Origin: Candidatus Spyradenecus sp.
GTDB taxonomy: Bacteria > Verrucomicrobiota > Kiritimatiellia > RFP12 > DVOR01
Direction: 5' to 3'
Length of the DNA stretch: 64,000 bases
NCBI GenBank assembly: GCA_045605345.1
Contig: JAZUPT010000005.1
Coordinates: 11,483-75,482 of the forward strand
Below the pieces are notes generated by a model that did no database searches, had not been told where the DNA came from, and saw only the letters and a program-made list of their open reading frames with translations. Shown here in pieces: positions 56,078 through 64,000 of the stretch. A program made the translations under genes and the position numbers. How positions within the stretch are numbered: position 1 is the first letter of the stretch; the number at the start of each line of letters is the position of its first letter.

Positions 56078-57238
56078 ATGAAACAGTTCTGGCTCTTCGC
56101 CACGGTTCTTAGCTTCGCTGGTTTTCTGACCGCACAAGAAGCAAAGCCCCAGGGCCCCGTGGTCGTTGAACGCGACTCCGCACCCGTCGCTCACTCTGAT
56201 GAAGATGAAGGCAATGATGGCCGCTTCTACATCGGCGCTGGCGTGGGTGGCATGCGCATCCATCGCACCGCTAATCCGAAACCCGGCACAGGTCTTCGCG
56301 GTGTCCAGCCTTACGTCATCTTGCGTCTCGGCTATGACTTCGCAGACAGCCCGTGGTCTGTGGAAGGTTACGGCATGATTGGTCATGCACGTGACAATGA
56401 CAAGTCTCGCAGCAAGAACCTCTTCGGCTTCGGCGCAGAAGCTCTCTATCACTTCTACGATCGCTATGCGAAGTTTGACCCCTTCTTGGCCGCAGGTGTG
56501 AGCTATAACAATGCAAGCAATGCTCCCCTCTGGCAGGATGCACACCGCTCTCACTTCTTCGCTCAGGCTGGCGTGGGTGCTTTCTGGCACTTCAGCGAAA
56601 ACCTCTCGCTCCGCGGTGACATCCGTTACCATGTGGCGCTTTCGGGTGACTTCATGAGCTTCACCACTGCAGACATCGGTTTGACCTACGTCATGGGTGG
56701 CTCCGATGACGGCGCTGTGGAAACCGTGGCTCCGCTCGCCGAACCTGCCACCACCACCATCGAAGCTGATGCTTTGGCATATGACGAAGCTTCCGAACAC
56801 AAGGATACGTTGATCGACGTGACCCCGGAAGGCTCCGTGAACGAAATGAAGCTCGAGCTCCGCTTGCAGTATGCTAAGGACTCCTCCATCATCGAACCAG
56901 CTAACTACCCCGCACTCGACGAACTCCTTCGCATCATGCGCCTCGCTTTCGAAGCAAATCCTGAAGTCTATGTGACCATCGATGGCCACGCTGATCGTCA
57001 GCACGGCTCTGACCACGCTTACAACCAGGAACTCTCCGAAGCTCGTGCAAAGAGCGTGCTCACCTACCTCAGCACCAACGGCATCCCTGCTAATCGCATG
57101 CAGTCCGCTGGTCATTCCTTCGATCAGCCCAAGGACCCCGTGAACTTGGACGAAGGCACCCCTTCCAACCGCCGCACCGAAATCGTCATCCGCGGCGTGG
57201 ATGAAGCGACCCGCGCGAAGATTCGCGCTGCAAAGTAA
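56078..57238 (+). CDS. OmpA-family outer-membrane protein (beta-barrel plus OmpA_C domain)
   Basis: Signal peptide; N-terminal barrel-like region; C-terminal OmpA peptidoglycan-binding domain (TIDGHADRQHGSDHAYNQELSEARAKSV). Confidence 0.7.
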   Translation: MKQFWLFATVLSFAGFLTAQEAKPQGPVVVERDSAPVAHSDEDEGNDGRFYIGAGVGGMRIHRTANPKPGTGLRGVQPYVILRLGYDFADSPWSVEGYGMIGHARDNDKSRSKNLFGFGAEALYHFYDRYAKFDPFLAAGVSYNNASNAPLWQDAHRSHFFAQAGVGAFWHFSENLSLRGDIRYHVALSGDFMSFTTADIGLTYVMGGSDDGAVETVAPLAEPATTTIEADALAYDEASEHKDTLIDVTPEGSVNEMKLELRLQYAKDSSIIEPANYPALDELLRIMRLAFEANPEVYVTIDGHADRQHGSDHAYNQELSEARAKSVLTYLSTNGIPANRMQSAGHSFDQPKDPVNLDEGTPSNRRTEIVIRGVDEATRAKIRAAK

Positions 57239-57252
57239 GTCGCACCCAAGCG

Positions 57253-57285
57253 GGACGTAAATCGCTTACGTCCCGCTTCCCCCTT
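57253..57285 (+). terminator. Stem-loop after the ompA-like gene
   Basis: GCGGGACGTAA-ATCGC-TTACGTCCCGC 11-bp stem; the downstream run is C/T-rich rather than a clean U-tract. Confidence 0.4.
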
Positions 57286-57313
57286 TCAAATAAGAGCCCC
57301 TTGGAGAGAAATT

Positions 57314-58477
57314 ATGGGAACACTTCAACGCTACATCTTGCGTTCCTTCCTTGTTGCTGCAGGGCTGACGGGTTTAGTGCTCACCTTTGTGCTTTCCGTC
57401 GGGTTTCTCTTCCAGGTCTTCCAATTCGTGATGCGCGGTGCTTCGGCAGGCTTGGTGTTGCAATACTTAGCCGCCTCGCTTCCTGAAGTGCTGGGCTTCA
57501 CCATTCCGCTCGCGTTAATGGTCGCCTCTTTGCTCGTCTTCGGTAGAATGTCTACCGATAGCGAAGTCGCCGCAATGAAGGCCTGTGGCGTGAGCTTCCT
57601 CTCAATTATGCGGTGCCCACTTATTGTGGGAATCCTCTGCTCCGCGCTTGGTTTCTATCTCCAAAACTATGCCATGCCGCGTGGGCACTACGTCCGCAGA
57701 ACCATCGCCAATCGCTTAGCCTTAGATGCTGGCGTCCAATTGATGGAACCAGGACGCTTCATTGACGAAATTGATAACCTTGCCGTCTTTTGCGATCGCA
57801 AAACAGACATGACCGATGACAACGGTAAGGGTTATACGATTCTCTACAACTTGCTTGCAATTGACCGTCGCGATGGTTTCTTGCGCGAAATTCAGGCCGA
57901 TAGTGCCCACATGCGTGCCGAAGGAAGTGACATTCTCTTCACCCTCTTTGATGCCTCCATCACCCCTCCAGACAAGGGCATCGTCGGCACAGCAAAGTTC
58001 TCCGAATTTACCTACCGCTGCGAAGATGTAGTCTCGCGAACCAAAAAGTATTTGAAGAAGCCGAAAGACTACGACTTTGACGAACTCCTCGCCGCAGAGC
58101 GTAAGGCACAGAAACAATTAGACCTCGCCAAGAATCCGCCCCCTGCGACCGATGGCCAACCCGCCACTCCGCTCTCTGAAAAGGCAGCCGCCAAGTGGCA
58201 CTGTCGTCTCAAATTCCTTTTAAATTACCGTTTGGTTTGGGCGCTTTCCTCATTCTGTTTCGTCTTGGTCGGCGTCCCGATGGGATGCCAGGCGCAACGA
58301 AAAGAATCCTCCAAGGGAATGGTCATGGGTCTTTCCATTGGTATCGCCTTCTTCCTCTTTATTTTGTTGTCTGAAGCACTCGCCTCCAAGCCTGCGGCGT
58401 TGCCGTGGCTTCTGGTATGGTTACCCGTCGTAATCTGTTTCTGCACAGCATGTATTCTCATCCCTAAAAATCAGTAA
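57314..58477 (+). CDS. LPS export permease LptF/LptG (YjgP/YjgQ) family
   Basis: MGTLQRYILRSFL N-terminus typical of the family; six TM helices with a large periplasmic loop; 387 aa. Confidence 0.7.
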   Translation: MGTLQRYILRSFLVAAGLTGLVLTFVLSVGFLFQVFQFVMRGASAGLVLQYLAASLPEVLGFTIPLALMVASLLVFGRMSTDSEVAAMKACGVSFLSIMRCPLIVGILCSALGFYLQNYAMPRGHYVRRTIANRLALDAGVQLMEPGRFIDEIDNLAVFCDRKTDMTDDNGKGYTILYNLLAIDRRDGFLREIQADSAHMRAEGSDILFTLFDASITPPDKGIVGTAKFSEFTYRCEDVVSRTKKYLKKPKDYDFDELLAAERKAQKQLDLAKNPPPATDGQPATPLSEKAAAKWHCRLKFLLNYRLVWALSSFCFVLVGVPMGCQAQRKESSKGMVMGLSIGIAFFLFILLSEALASKPAALPWLLVWLPVVICFCTACILIPKNQ

Positions 58478-58487
58478 GGAGTCCGCC

Positions 58488-59270
58488 ATGGCAATTCATC
58501 CGCTCGCTTTTGTTTGCGAAGGTGCGAAAATTCATCCCGATGCCGAAATCGGTCCGTTTGCATACGTTGGACCGGATGTCACCATCGGTCGTGGCACCAA
58601 GTTGCACCACCATGCCACGGTTGAGGGTCACACCACCATCGGTGAAGATTGCGAAATCTTCCCGCAGGCTTGCGTGGGTATGAAGACACAGGACTTGAAA
58701 TGGAAGCCCGGGAACATTACCTATGTGGAGATCGGCGACCGTACCGTCATCCGTGAATGCGCCACAATTCACCTCGGCACCATGGATGGTACAAAGACCG
58801 TCATCGGCTCAGACTGCTTGATTATGGCCTACTGCCACATTGCACATGGTTGCGAACTCGGCAACCACATCATCATGTCCAATAGCGTGCAAATCGCTGG
58901 CGAATGTATCATTGAAGATCACGCCATCATCGGTGGCACCTCCGCTATTCTCCAATTCACTCACGTCGGTACCTTCGCTATGGTCGGCGGTGGCACCCAC
59001 TTGCGTAAAGACGCACCGCCCTACATGCTTACCATGGGTGTGGATAACCTCGTGGTGCGCGGTCTTAACTCCGTGGCCATCCGTCGTCATCCTGAGAACT
59101 TCACCCCCGAAGCTTTCAGCGCACTCAAGGATGCCTACCAGATCATCTACTCCGAAGGACTGCCGCGTTCGGTCGCATTGGAGCGCATCACTAAGGAGTT
59201 GCCTCAGTGTCCCGAAATCAAGCACCTCTTGGACTTCTATGCCAATGCTTCCAAGCACGGCGTGGTCTAA
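58488..59270 (+). CDS. lpxA: Acyl-ACP--UDP-N-acetylglucosamine O-acyltransferase
   Basis: MAIHPLAFVCEGAKIHPDAEIGPFAYVGPDVTIG hexapeptide-repeat N-terminus; 260 aa. Confidence 0.85.
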   Translation: MAIHPLAFVCEGAKIHPDAEIGPFAYVGPDVTIGRGTKLHHHATVEGHTTIGEDCEIFPQACVGMKTQDLKWKPGNITYVEIGDRTVIRECATIHLGTMDGTKTVIGSDCLIMAYCHIAHGCELGNHIIMSNSVQIAGECIIEDHAIIGGTSAILQFTHVGTFAMVGGGTHLRKDAPPYMLTMGVDNLVVRGLNSVAIRRHPENFTPEAFSALKDAYQIIYSEGLPRSVALERITKELPQCPEIKHLLDFYANASKHGVV

Positions 59271-59289
59271 TTCAGTGCCTCCACTCACT

Positions 59290-59328
59290 ACAAAAAGAAG
59301 TGCGGTGAGCCGCACTTCTTTTTTATTT
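59290..59328. terminator. Bidirectional terminator between lpxA (+) and the TIM-barrel gene (-)
   Basis: CAAAAAG-AAGTGCGGTGAGCCGCACTT-CTTTTTTATTTC palindromic hairpin with A-run and U-run on either side. Confidence 0.65.
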
Positions 59329-59350
59329 CAACAATAATGAATAACAATCC

Positions 59351-60526
59351 TTACACCGATTTCAACTGATTGCGCACCCACATCATATCATCCAACAACG
59401 ATTCTGATAATGTCTTCTTGCGTAACGTCTCAGGATAGACAAAATACGCATACGACTCCACCTCTAACGGCCAGCCGCCCGCACGCACATAGCGCCAGAA
59501 AGCAGGCGTTAACGTGCGGCGCGTCGACTCCAATTCCGTACTTCCCTGCCATGCCAACGGCACATGGTAATGAATGCGGCCACTCTGTCCCACCAACTGC
59601 GGCAACACCTCCTCCGTCAAATCAGGGAAACACGTCAACTCCGCATTCGCCTCACGCCGACGCACTTGATGCAGATACTCACGGTCAATGAACGCTCGCA
59701 ACGTCTCTTCCGTCGTGTAGCAATTAAACTCTAACGCCGCCGACACCTGAATTCGCGCCACAGGGATATTCGCCGCCACGATACTTCGAAGCGCATTCAG
59801 TGGATCCTCATAACTCACCGCAAAATGACACGTATCAAAACAAAGGCCAATGTAAGGCCGATAACTCGGCACCCACAATGGATGCGACCACAACCGTTCA
59901 AAGAAATCAATCGTCTGCTGCGTCCGCTCCAACAAACAATCCGGCTCAGGCTCTAACGCCAAGCACATCCGTCGCCCAGTGAATCCTTCCAATTTCCGTA
60001 AAAAGAGTGCCATCGAGCACAACTCTTCAACGACAATCTCTGGAATCTCCTGCCCACGGTCATATGCCAATGGTACCGTCGTTACACTTGGAAAGTGATC
60101 TCCCAAGCGCGCCGTAGGTAAATGCGACAACGCATAAAACAAATTGCGCGTATAAACCGCTCGCTCAGGATGTGTCCAATCAGGTTCGTACACCCTCTCC
60201 TTCACCACACAATCATGAAATGTATCATGTGGGAACCCATTAATTCCCATCACTGACAACTTATTGTGCACCAAAAAATTTGAAAACCGACGCAACGTCT
60301 CAGAATCACGCAATAACTTTGCCGCATCTGCCCCTATTCGTAACCCTAATGGGAATGTCCCCTCTGCACTAAATACCTCACGCAAAGGGATTGTCACCTC
60401 CACCAAAGCCTCCTGAACGGATGCCAAATCCTCCCCACGATGCACATTCATACAATACGTAATCGCATTCATCACAAATCCTCTTCCTGCCCTGTAGTGT
60501 ACCACATTTGCCCAAACCTCGCCCAT
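59351..60526 (-). CDS. Xylose-isomerase-like TIM-barrel protein (EboE-like sugar-phosphate isomerase/epimerase superfamily)
   Basis: ~390 aa with motifs reminiscent of AP-endonuclease/xylose-isomerase TIM barrels (LCFDTCHF). Family assignment tentative. Confidence 0.45.
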   Translation of the reverse strand: MGEVWANVVHYRAGRGFVMNAITYCMNVHRGEDLASVQEALVEVTIPLREVFSAEGTFPLGLRIGADAAKLLRDSETLRRFSNFLVHNKLSVMGINGFPHDTFHDCVVKERVYEPDWTHPERAVYTRNLFYALSHLPTARLGDHFPSVTTVPLAYDRGQEIPEIVVEELCSMALFLRKLEGFTGRRMCLALEPEPDCLLERTQQTIDFFERLWSHPLWVPSYRPYIGLCFDTCHFAVSYEDPLNALRSIVAANIPVARIQVSAALEFNCYTTEETLRAFIDREYLHQVRRREANAELTCFPDLTEEVLPQLVGQSGRIHYHVPLAWQGSTELESTRRTLTPAFWRYVRAGGWPLEVESYAYFVYPETLRKKTLSESLLDDMMWVRNQLKSV

Positions 60527-60839
60527 TTTTTACACAAAACCACCGACCTCACTAATCTACCCTCATGGCTAATAACTAAACATAATCCGTTGATTGATCA
60601 CCCACGGACCTACGAATTTCATCTCGTCACAGAGAAAAATGTTGCCACCTATCGCCAAACCTGCCACAAGACCTGCTTTTGAGAACCCAACATCACTGCT
60701 CAGGAATCCTCGATTGTTGGGGCTTTCGTATGAAAACTTGGATGAAAACGTGTAACTTCGTGAGATGAAGCCTCTAATTATGGTAGAATGTTGAGCGTTT
60801 TGGAGTTTTCTCCATAGGTAGATGTAAGGATTTATTTTC

Positions 60840-61856
60840 ATGACGTTGCAAGAATTACAGCAGGAGCATAATACCTCCCTCGCCGCTCTTGAAGCCGCTC
60901 AATCGCTCGAAGCAGTAGATGCGTTGCGCGTAAAATATTTGGGTCGTAATGGTCTTCTCCCCGCATTGGTCAAGCAGATGAAGGATGTGCCGGCGCAGGA
61001 TCGTCCCGCGTTTGGTAAGGAACTCGGCGCTTGGCGTGGCGAATTTGAAGCACAATTGAATGCGAAGACCGCCGCTCTTCAGGCGAATGAAACCCCTGTG
61101 GCGGGTTTTGACGTCTCGCTCCCTGGCCGTTGGCACGCTGAAGGCATCATTCACCCCGTGAGCCGCGTGATTGAAGAGACGGCTGAAATTTTCCACCGTT
61201 TGGGCTTCACTGTGGCCGATGGTCCTGATATCGAGACGAAGTTCAACAACTTTACTGCGCTCAACACGGCGCCTCATCACCCTTCGATGGACCCGAGCGA
61301 TACGTTTTGGTTTGACGTTGAAACCGTGTTGCGCACACAGACGAGCCCGGTGCAGATTCGTACAATGTTGGACAATCCTCCGCCGGTGCGCATTATCAAC
61401 CCAGGCCGTTGCTATCGTCGTGACACGACCGACGCCACGCACTCGGCAAACTTCCACCAGATTGAAGGTCTTTATGTGGATGTGAAGCCGGTCTCTTTGG
61501 CCGACCTGAAGAGCACGCTCGCCTACTTCGCCCGTGAAATGATGGGCCCGGATATCGGCGTTCGTTTCCGTCCTCACTTCTTCCCCTTCACTGAACCAAG
61601 CGTGGAAGTGGACTTTACCTGCCATGTGTGTAAGGGTAAGGGTTGCCGCGTGTGCAAGAATTCGGGATGGATCGAAATTGCGGGCGCTGGTATGGTTGAT
61701 CCGCGCGTCTATCAACACGTCGGCTACGATCCCGATGCCGTTTATGGTTACGCATTCGGCATGGGCGTGGAACGCATCGCCATGATTAAGTATGGCATCC
61801 CGGACATCCGCTTCCTCTACGAAAATGACATCCGCTTCCTTAGCCAACTCGGCTAA
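60840..61856 (+). CDS. pheS: Phenylalanine--tRNA ligase alpha subunit
   Basis: Class II aaRS motifs (FRPHFFPFTEPS, GAGMVDP ... GMGVERIAM); 338 aa. Confidence 0.9.
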   Translation: MTLQELQQEHNTSLAALEAAQSLEAVDALRVKYLGRNGLLPALVKQMKDVPAQDRPAFGKELGAWRGEFEAQLNAKTAALQANETPVAGFDVSLPGRWHAEGIIHPVSRVIEETAEIFHRLGFTVADGPDIETKFNNFTALNTAPHHPSMDPSDTFWFDVETVLRTQTSPVQIRTMLDNPPPVRIINPGRCYRRDTTDATHSANFHQIEGLYVDVKPVSLADLKSTLAYFAREMMGPDIGVRFRPHFFPFTEPSVEVDFTCHVCKGKGCRVCKNSGWIEIAGAGMVDPRVYQHVGYDPDAVYGYAFGMGVERIAMIKYGIPDIRFLYENDIRFLSQLG

Positions 61857-61976
61857 GCGGAACGTCTTCTCGCTTCACGCCTCGTGCGTTTACACAACGT
61901 TCCGCAACGGTTTCCCGACGGGACGTTGTTTCAGTTTAACCCCATTTTTACCACCATTTACAAAAGGTTTTAACCA

Positions 61977-62489
61977 ATGACAACCATAGACATTCTCTCT
62001 CGTCGTAGCGTTCGCAAGTACACCACCGATTCTGTCGGAGACGATCAAATTCGCATTGCACTTGAAGCCGCCATGGCCGCGCCGAGTGCACGTCATTGCG
62101 ATCCGTGGCACTTCATCGTGGTGAAGGAGCAAGCTGGACGTGATGCCCTCGCAGATGCGCTTCCCTATGGGCAGATGTTGCGTGGCGCGGCGGCAGGCAT
62201 CATTGTCTGCGGAGACATCACGGCGGCCCATCGTGGCGAACTCTCCTATCTCTTGCAGGACGTTTCGGCCGCAATTGAAAACCTCTTACTTGCCCTCGAT
62301 TTGCAGGGGCTCGGCGCAGTGTGGTTGGGGATTCACCCGAATGAAGACCGCATTGCCGCCGTGAAGGCCGCCTTCAATCTGCCAGACAATATCATTCCCG
62401 TGAGCGCAATTGCCCTGGGATATCCAGACGAATTTCTCGAAGCGCGCACCCGTTACGATGAAACTAAGGTGCATCACGGCACATGGTAA
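61977..62489 (+). CDS. Nitroreductase family protein
   Basis: RRSVRKYT ... PSARHCDPWHFIVV nitroreductase motifs; 170 aa. Confidence 0.8.
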   Translation: MTTIDILSRRSVRKYTTDSVGDDQIRIALEAAMAAPSARHCDPWHFIVVKEQAGRDALADALPYGQMLRGAAAGIIVCGDITAAHRGELSYLLQDVSAAIENLLLALDLQGLGAVWLGIHPNEDRIAAVKAAFNLPDNIIPVSAIALGYPDEFLEARTRYDETKVHHGTW

Positions 62490-63481
62490 TGAACGACTGG
62501 TGCCAACGCTTACTGACATGGTATCAGACCGCGCGACGCGAAATGCCGTGGCGCGGTCACCCTGATGCCTACGCGGTCTGGGTGAGCGAAATCATGCTCC
62601 AGCAGACACAAGTCAACACCGTTCGCCCCTACTTTGAACGTTTCTTAGCCACCTTTCCTGACATCCCAACCCTTGCCGCGGCCACCGATGATGCGTTGCT
62701 CAAAGCCTGGGAAGGGCTCGGCTACTACACGCGCGTGCGCAATCTCAGAAAGGCTGCGCAACAACTCGTTGAAGAAGCCGATGCTCAACTCCCTCGGACC
62801 GCCGCCGCGCTCAAACAACTGCCTGGCATCGGTGCCTACACCGCCGCCGCAATCGCAAGTATCTGTTTTGGCGAAGCAGAACCCGTAGTTGATGGCAACG
62901 TTGCACGCGTCTTTGCCCGACGCAATCGTCTCACCGAAGACTTCTCAAAAGAGCCCAATCGACGTAAGTTAGCAGATTGGCTGCGCCCCTTCATTCAAGC
63001 CGTTGATTCACCAGGAGACTTCAACCAAGCAATGATGGAGCTCGGCGCTCTCATTTGCACCCCGCGCAACCCCTCCTGTGAGGCTTGCCCCCTGCGCCAA
63101 GAATGCCAAGCCGCAGAGACCCAAACGCAAAGCAACTACCCCGTCATCCCCGCAAAGAAAGCCCTCCCAGAACGCACACGAGAGGTCTGCCTTCTTAAAA
63201 ATGCCAATGGTGCACTCCTGCTTGCCCGTCACGAAGGCGAACGCCTCCTTGATGGGTTTTGGGAACTACCCGCCCGCGATGCGCTCCCCTTCCAACTGCG
63301 CAAAGCCAAGTTGTGCCACACCCATCGCCAAACCTTCACCCACTTCCGACAAATTTTACGCGTCTACACTGCACAGATTCCAGTAGACCTTCCCGAACTC
63401 CCCACAAATTTCTGTTGGAGCCTTGCCCCTGACACACTTCCGCTTACCACGGCGACCCGTCAGATCCTCTCGTCTCACTGA
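62489..63481 (+). CDS. mutY: A/G-specific adenine DNA glycosylase
   Basis: HhH-GPD motifs (LPGIGAYTAAAIASI), 4Fe-4S loop CxxxxxxCxxCPLRQxC, and C-terminal NUDIX-like domain. Start 62483 or 62489. Confidence 0.85.
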   Translation: MNDWCQRLLTWYQTARREMPWRGHPDAYAVWVSEIMLQQTQVNTVRPYFERFLATFPDIPTLAAATDDALLKAWEGLGYYTRVRNLRKAAQQLVEEADAQLPRTAAALKQLPGIGAYTAAAIASICFGEAEPVVDGNVARVFARRNRLTEDFSKEPNRRKLADWLRPFIQAVDSPGDFNQAMMELGALICTPRNPSCEACPLRQECQAAETQTQSNYPVIPAKKALPERTREVCLLKNANGALLLARHEGERLLDGFWELPARDALPFQLRKAKLCHTHRQTFTHFRQILRVYTAQIPVDLPELPTNFCWSLAPDTLPLTTATRQILSSH

Positions 63482-63656
63482 TACTTTCCTGCGGCAACCC
63501 GTCTGAGTCTCTCACGTTGCTAATGCATTACAGCGACAATTTCCACGGCAATTGCCATCGTGCACCCCCCAGTAAAAAATAACGAAAGCGATTTTTTACC
63601 CTTTCTTTTTCCCGCCAAAACCTTTATACTAATAACAGTTTAAGGAGTTTACGACC

Positions 63657-63845
63657 ATGGCATACATCAATCCTCGTCTCCGCAATCCCGCTGAAGGAGC
63701 CGCGGTACCCACCAAAACCACAGGCAGTGCAGCCCCTGATTGGATTGGCGGCGCTTGCGCAATTATCGCTTTCTGCCTCGCAGCGGCGACCCTTACGATC
63801 CTCTATCTTGAATGGGATCTCTACACGAAGTTCATCGCCAGCTGA
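63657..63845 (+). CDS. Small (62 aa) single-TM membrane protein, hypothetical
   Basis: AAGGAG RBS 8 nt upstream of the ATG; one hydrophobic helix (WIGGACAIIAFCLAAATLTILYL). Confidence 0.45.
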   Translation: MAYINPRLRNPAEGAAVPTKTTGSAAPDWIGGACAIIAFCLAAATLTILYLEWDLYTKFIAS

Positions 63846-64000
63846 TGAACCTCCCTATGCCTCGCCCCATTGCAGTGCCACTCTTATGCGGGCTCTGCCT
63901 TGGTGTGCAACTTATTACGCACCCCAATTTACGTCTTCCGTTACCCCTTGGAGCGGAAGACCTTTTTATTACTGACTGGTTCAAACAATACCTTCCTCTA
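63845..64000 (+). CDS. Start of an ORF running off the window end (hypothetical; partial)
   Basis: ATG overlaps the upstream stop (TGATG); MNLPMPRPIAVPLLCGLCLGVQL... remains open to the window end. Confidence 0.25.
   Translation, partial: MNLPMPRPIAVPLLCGLCLGVQLITHPNLRLPLPLGAEDLFITDWFKQYLPL

Noticed and set aside
60527-60839. T-box or leader-peptide attenuator upstream of pheS.
   Set aside because: No T-box consensus and no Phe-rich leader peptide were found. The only small upstream ORF has one Phe codon. Only an extended -10-like TGGTAGAAT and a hairpin (CCCAACA ... TGTTGGG) were seen, which is not specific enough.

Overview
High-GC (~55-60% by eye) chromosomal segment from a Gram-negative-type anaerobe. 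It carries LpxA, LptF/G, OmpA and ExbB-ExbD-TonB, plus a bifurcating-type [FeFe] hydrogenase operon (NuoE-like, NuoF-like, HydA) followed by nifU-nifS, with the HydG maturase about 34 kb away. Mostly housekeeping genes: UDP-sugar enzymes, ComEC, FtsW/RodA, Lgt, RimO, RNase HII, RecJ, Cdd, PcnB, PheS, MutY, two NSS-family Na+ symporters, and a MacAB-like efflux set. RNA genes are an RNase P RNA (type A motifs) and two tRNA clusters (Gly-Leu-Val; Phe, Leu, Arg). The clearest accessory feature is a visibly AT-rich ~4.9 kb island inserted between rnhB and the tRNA-Phe promoter. It carries an amino-MTase, a small HNH nuclease, an HTH-fused C5-cytosine MTase and a second, paralogous HNH nuclease. 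The cassette is bracketed by ~285-bp direct repeats that contain a conserved AGTACA-N3-TGTACT palindrome. It is preceded by four 22-bp iteron-like tandem repeats and followed by a long inverted repeat next to tRNA-Phe. No integrase or transposase is present. A mosaic GC-rich palindromic intergenic repeat family occurs at two loci in opposite orientations (9.5-10.2 kb and 49.0-49.3 kb). Many listed minus-strand ORFs lie antisense to well-supported genes and are treated as high-GC artefacts. All coordinates and starts are from manual reading; no database searches were run.
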